Below are positions 60,650 through 64,000 of a stretch of 64,000 nucleotides of DNA, piece by piece; position 1 is the first letter of the stretch, and the number at the start of each line of letters is the position of its first letter. The DNA is taken from NCBI GenBank assembly GCA_043228905.1, contig JBHGNT010000018.1, positions 1,364,001 to 1,428,000 of the forward strand, in the 5' to 3' direction. A model generated the notes under the pieces. The model ran no database searches, was not told the origin of the DNA, and saw nothing but the letters and a program-made list of their open reading frames with translations. The translations under genes and the position numbers were made by a program. This stretch comes from Azolla caroliniana. Its lineage: Eukaryota > Plantae > Polypodiophyta.

Positions 60650-61531
60650 GAGTCGGAAACTCGTAGCACTACACCATCATTGGAATCGGCACTATAGAGC
60701 TTAACCTTCCGGGTGGCTCTATAGTAGTACTACACAATGTCTGACATGTACCCAATCTCTCAAGTCCACTAATCTTAGTTAGAAATCTGGATGAAGGCAG
60801 CATCCGTGTCGGCTTCTAATTAGGAGGGTGGATACTCCATTGGGGAACCTCTTGCTTGCTCAAGGTCCGAAAAGTATATTCCTTATACCCGCTATATGTC
60901 ACACTTAGAGAGGGCGACCTGTTTCTGGTACACATTCCCCTATCGTCGCTATGGCATGGATGACTCAGACACCTCAACAAGGCCGACATAACGCACTTAA
61001 TTAGCAATATATCCCTAAGCTCTCCTTCTCTGGCCATCAGTTCTGTGAGCACTAGCAATACGCCAAACAGACTGTCGTCTCACACCTAACTAGACAGTCA
61101 AGAGAGTCGAGTCCCCTCGACTTGGTCCACTCGGACGTATGTGGCTTGATGACACATCAGTCTCTAATGGCTCCTCCTACTTCTTCACGTTCACTAACGA
61201 CTCGACAAGAAAAGTGTGGGTTTATCTAATTAGAACCAAAGATCGAGTGTTCACGATCTTCCAAGAATGGCTTGCAATGGTTGAAAACGGATCAAGTCAA
61301 AAGCTGAAATGCTTAAGATCGGATAATAGTAGAGAATTCCAATCAGACGAATTCGTTAGATATTGCTGACAAGTGTGGCATAAGATGAGCGTTGACAACT
61401 CCATATAGTTTGAAACAAAACGACGTTCTAGAACGCATGAATCGGATAATTCAGGAACAAATTGTCGTCATGATGCAACATGTTGGACTATCGAATGGTT
61501 TCTAGGCAGAGGCACTACTCACTATAGTGCA
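60650..61531 (+). mobile_element. Copia protease/integrase fragment
   Basis: GIGTIELNL..LHNV, LDLVHSDVC, FTNDSTRKVWVY, CLRSDN; interrupted at 61532 by the next element. Confidence 0.8.
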
Positions 61532-64000
61532 TGTTGAGATATCAAGCTCAACTAGATTTAGTTAGCTAGTCAACACACGTAACTACTAAGTTACGTAGAT
61601 AGAATCTAGTTTGTGTGTTGACCTTATACCCTTAAATATGATTTTGTACTTGAGTGGGATACATTGTAGATCCTCCACTCCCATGATCATTTAATATAAG
61701 ACGTACACCTTTGTACCTATATTCTACTCACACATGTGCACCTTTGCACATGAGATGTATATACCTCATTGTGGGTATTTTTGTATTTGATGATGCTTTT
61801 AATATAGTTAATCATCCCCCATCTTGTCTCATTGTTCATAAGTGTCAACTTCATCTCTCTCTTCCTCTCACACACATACACACACATATCACTTAATCTT
61901 CCGCTTAGCTTAATCACATTATTAGGTAATAATTAACCCGTAGTTAATTACCTAATTCTTAACATGGTATCAGAGCGTGTGGTTTAGCACATATCCACTA
62001 AGCCCACCGGACTCCGTAATTGTGTGTTCGAAATGCTAGCGACAAATTCCGGCTATTTGCTACCGTAGTGCCACTATGTAGCACGTGTACGTGATTGAAG
62101 GAAGAAAAGAAAAAGAAGAGAAGAAACTAATCAACATGAACACAGAAATGGGTAGCTCACTCCGTAGTGAAAAGCTAGACCGTAGCAATTATTCATCTTG
62201 GGAGTACAAGATGAACCAATACCTAGTCGGCCAAGGGTATTGGAGCTACATCACTCATGCACTCGAAGAAAAACCCGACATCACAAACGTCAACTACCCA
62301 AAGTGGGAGCAAGGAGCGAGTCGGGTAATGTATTGTTTAGCAACATGATTCCACAACCACATGCTTAGCCACATTCAAGACGCCAAGACGCCTAAAGAAG
62401 CGTGGGCAAACTTAAAGTAAATTTTCGCCGCCAACACAACCGCCCGCAAGCTTCAACTCCGGCAAGAGTTGAACAACATACAACAAGAAGATATGCTCGT
62501 GTTGGACTAGTACACCGCCAAGATCAAGAGCATTTGTGACTCGGTTGGCTCCACCAACATAAACGTTGACGAAGACGAGATGGTTCAAGTATGCTTGGGC
62601 GGCCTTGCACAATGATTCGAGTCGTTAAGGAAGGCAATCTTGGCAAGGGAAAACCCTCCCTCGTTCTTTGATCTTCAATCAATGTTATTGGTCGAAGAGA
62701 ACCACATCCGAACCAAAAGCAAGATTTTGGAAGGACAAATGTTCTTCTCGAATTCGGATGGTGGCCGAGGACGAGGTCGAGGCGGTAGAAGAGGTTGATT
62801 CGACCCATCTCACGAAGGGCGCTCAAATATTCGACAACAAGACCGAAGCCATCAAGGAACCTTCGGAAGAAGGGGGAGCTTCCATGCCGAGCAAGGTTGG
62901 AAAATGAGGCCCCCAACGTGCAACTATTGCGGAAAAGTCGGCCACCGCGAGGAGTGCCGAAAAAGAAGATGCGAGTTGGCTTCAACAAACTGAGAACTCA
63001 CAAATGACATCACCAATTCCGAATACGACGACTATGGTGGGCTATCTGTGATGAGACATAGAGTGAACTTTAGGTCGACCTCCAACTCCATAAACACCTC
63101 CAACTTGGAAGACGTGTGGTTCGTCGACTCCGGCACCTCACATCATATGACGTCATACCAAGAGTGGTTTCGTGACCTAAGAATGCTGGATCAACCGGCT
63201 ACATAGAGACGGGAGACGACACCACACATTTCATTCGGCACATCAGCAACATTCCATTCGGCAACCATAGCCCAAACAATTGCATCAAAAATTTCTTGCA
63301 CATGCCCATAATAACAAATAATTTGGTCTTGGTCGGCCAAATCGTGGAGCAAGGAATGCAAGTTTGTTTCAACAACGAAGGATGCTTCATCGAGAAAGAT
63401 GGTTGATTCATAGCTAAAGGATGGAGACATGGTCAAATGTTCATTCTTGATTCAAATGAGATGAAATCAACCATGTATGCCAAAGGTTTCAAAACCGAGG
63501 CAAGCATGGAGTTGTGGCACAAAAGAATTGGCCACATCAACCTCCAACGGCTCCGAGCGATGCAATCAAAGGGAGTCATCATCGAACTTCTATCATTCTA
63601 GTTGAAACGAGTCAACAAGTGTGTGAAGCATGTCAACAAGGAAAACAACATCGACTCCCATTCCCGAAGGAGAGCTACGTGAGCAAAGGCCTCCTTGACG
63701 TCATACATTCAGATGTATGGGGACCGGCTCAAACACCGACGATCGGTGGATGCCGATACTACGTCACCTTCATCGACGACTACTTGTGCTACACATGGAT
63801 TTTTCCGATGAAGAAGAAGAGCAAAGTGCTCTCCCATTTCCAAAAGTTGAAGGGCTAAGTAGAAAAAGAAATCGGTCGGCACATTCGATGCCTACAATCA
63901 GATGGAGGAAGGGAGTACTTCTCCGACGAATTCATCTCCTACCTCCGAGGTGAAGGAATTCGGAGAGAACTCTCGTGCCGACACACACCCCAACAAAATG
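61532..64000 (+). mobile_element. Degenerate Ty1/copia element related to 51164-55792, running off the window
   Basis: 5' LTR 61532-61964 (TG..CA); PBS TGGTATCAGAGC (61965-61976); gag EKLDRSNYSSWEY; protease WFVDSGTSHH; integrase CEACQQGK, HSDVWGP, FIDD. Confidence 0.9.

Overview
Eukaryotic, plant-like intergenic DNA, almost entirely nested transposable elements plus decayed receptor-like kinase (RLK) fragments. No intact host gene, rRNA, true tRNA or CRISPR array is supported. The mix of a Tcn1-like chromovirus, tRNA-Trp-primed Ty3/gypsy elements, RTEX-like LINEs and LecRK-like kinases suggests a non-seed land plant (inference). Left to right: L1 relic; young short-LTR Ty3/gypsy (2115-6948); hAT MITE; disrupted RLK; two Trp-primed-lineage gypsy relics; a Copia relic with an intact chromovirus nested in it (24967-30901), whose LTRs carry heat-shock elements and a self-priming site and whose gag-pol junction has a -1 frameshift pseudoknot; a ~11 kb DNA-transposon-like unit (~33.1-44.1 kb); a second RLK relic; a pol-less LTR element with a long repetitive ORF; a Copia relic; two RTEX-like LINEs in (GA)n tracts; further LINE/Copia fragments. 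The most unusual candidate system is the ~11 kb unit: a Sola2-like transposase faces a multi-exon accessory gene (RING-like finger, 13-aa repeats, degenerate FCP1-type phosphatase), and both genes have an intron filled with the same 14-bp palindrome array. Coordinates were read by eye; family names come from motif recognition, not database searches.
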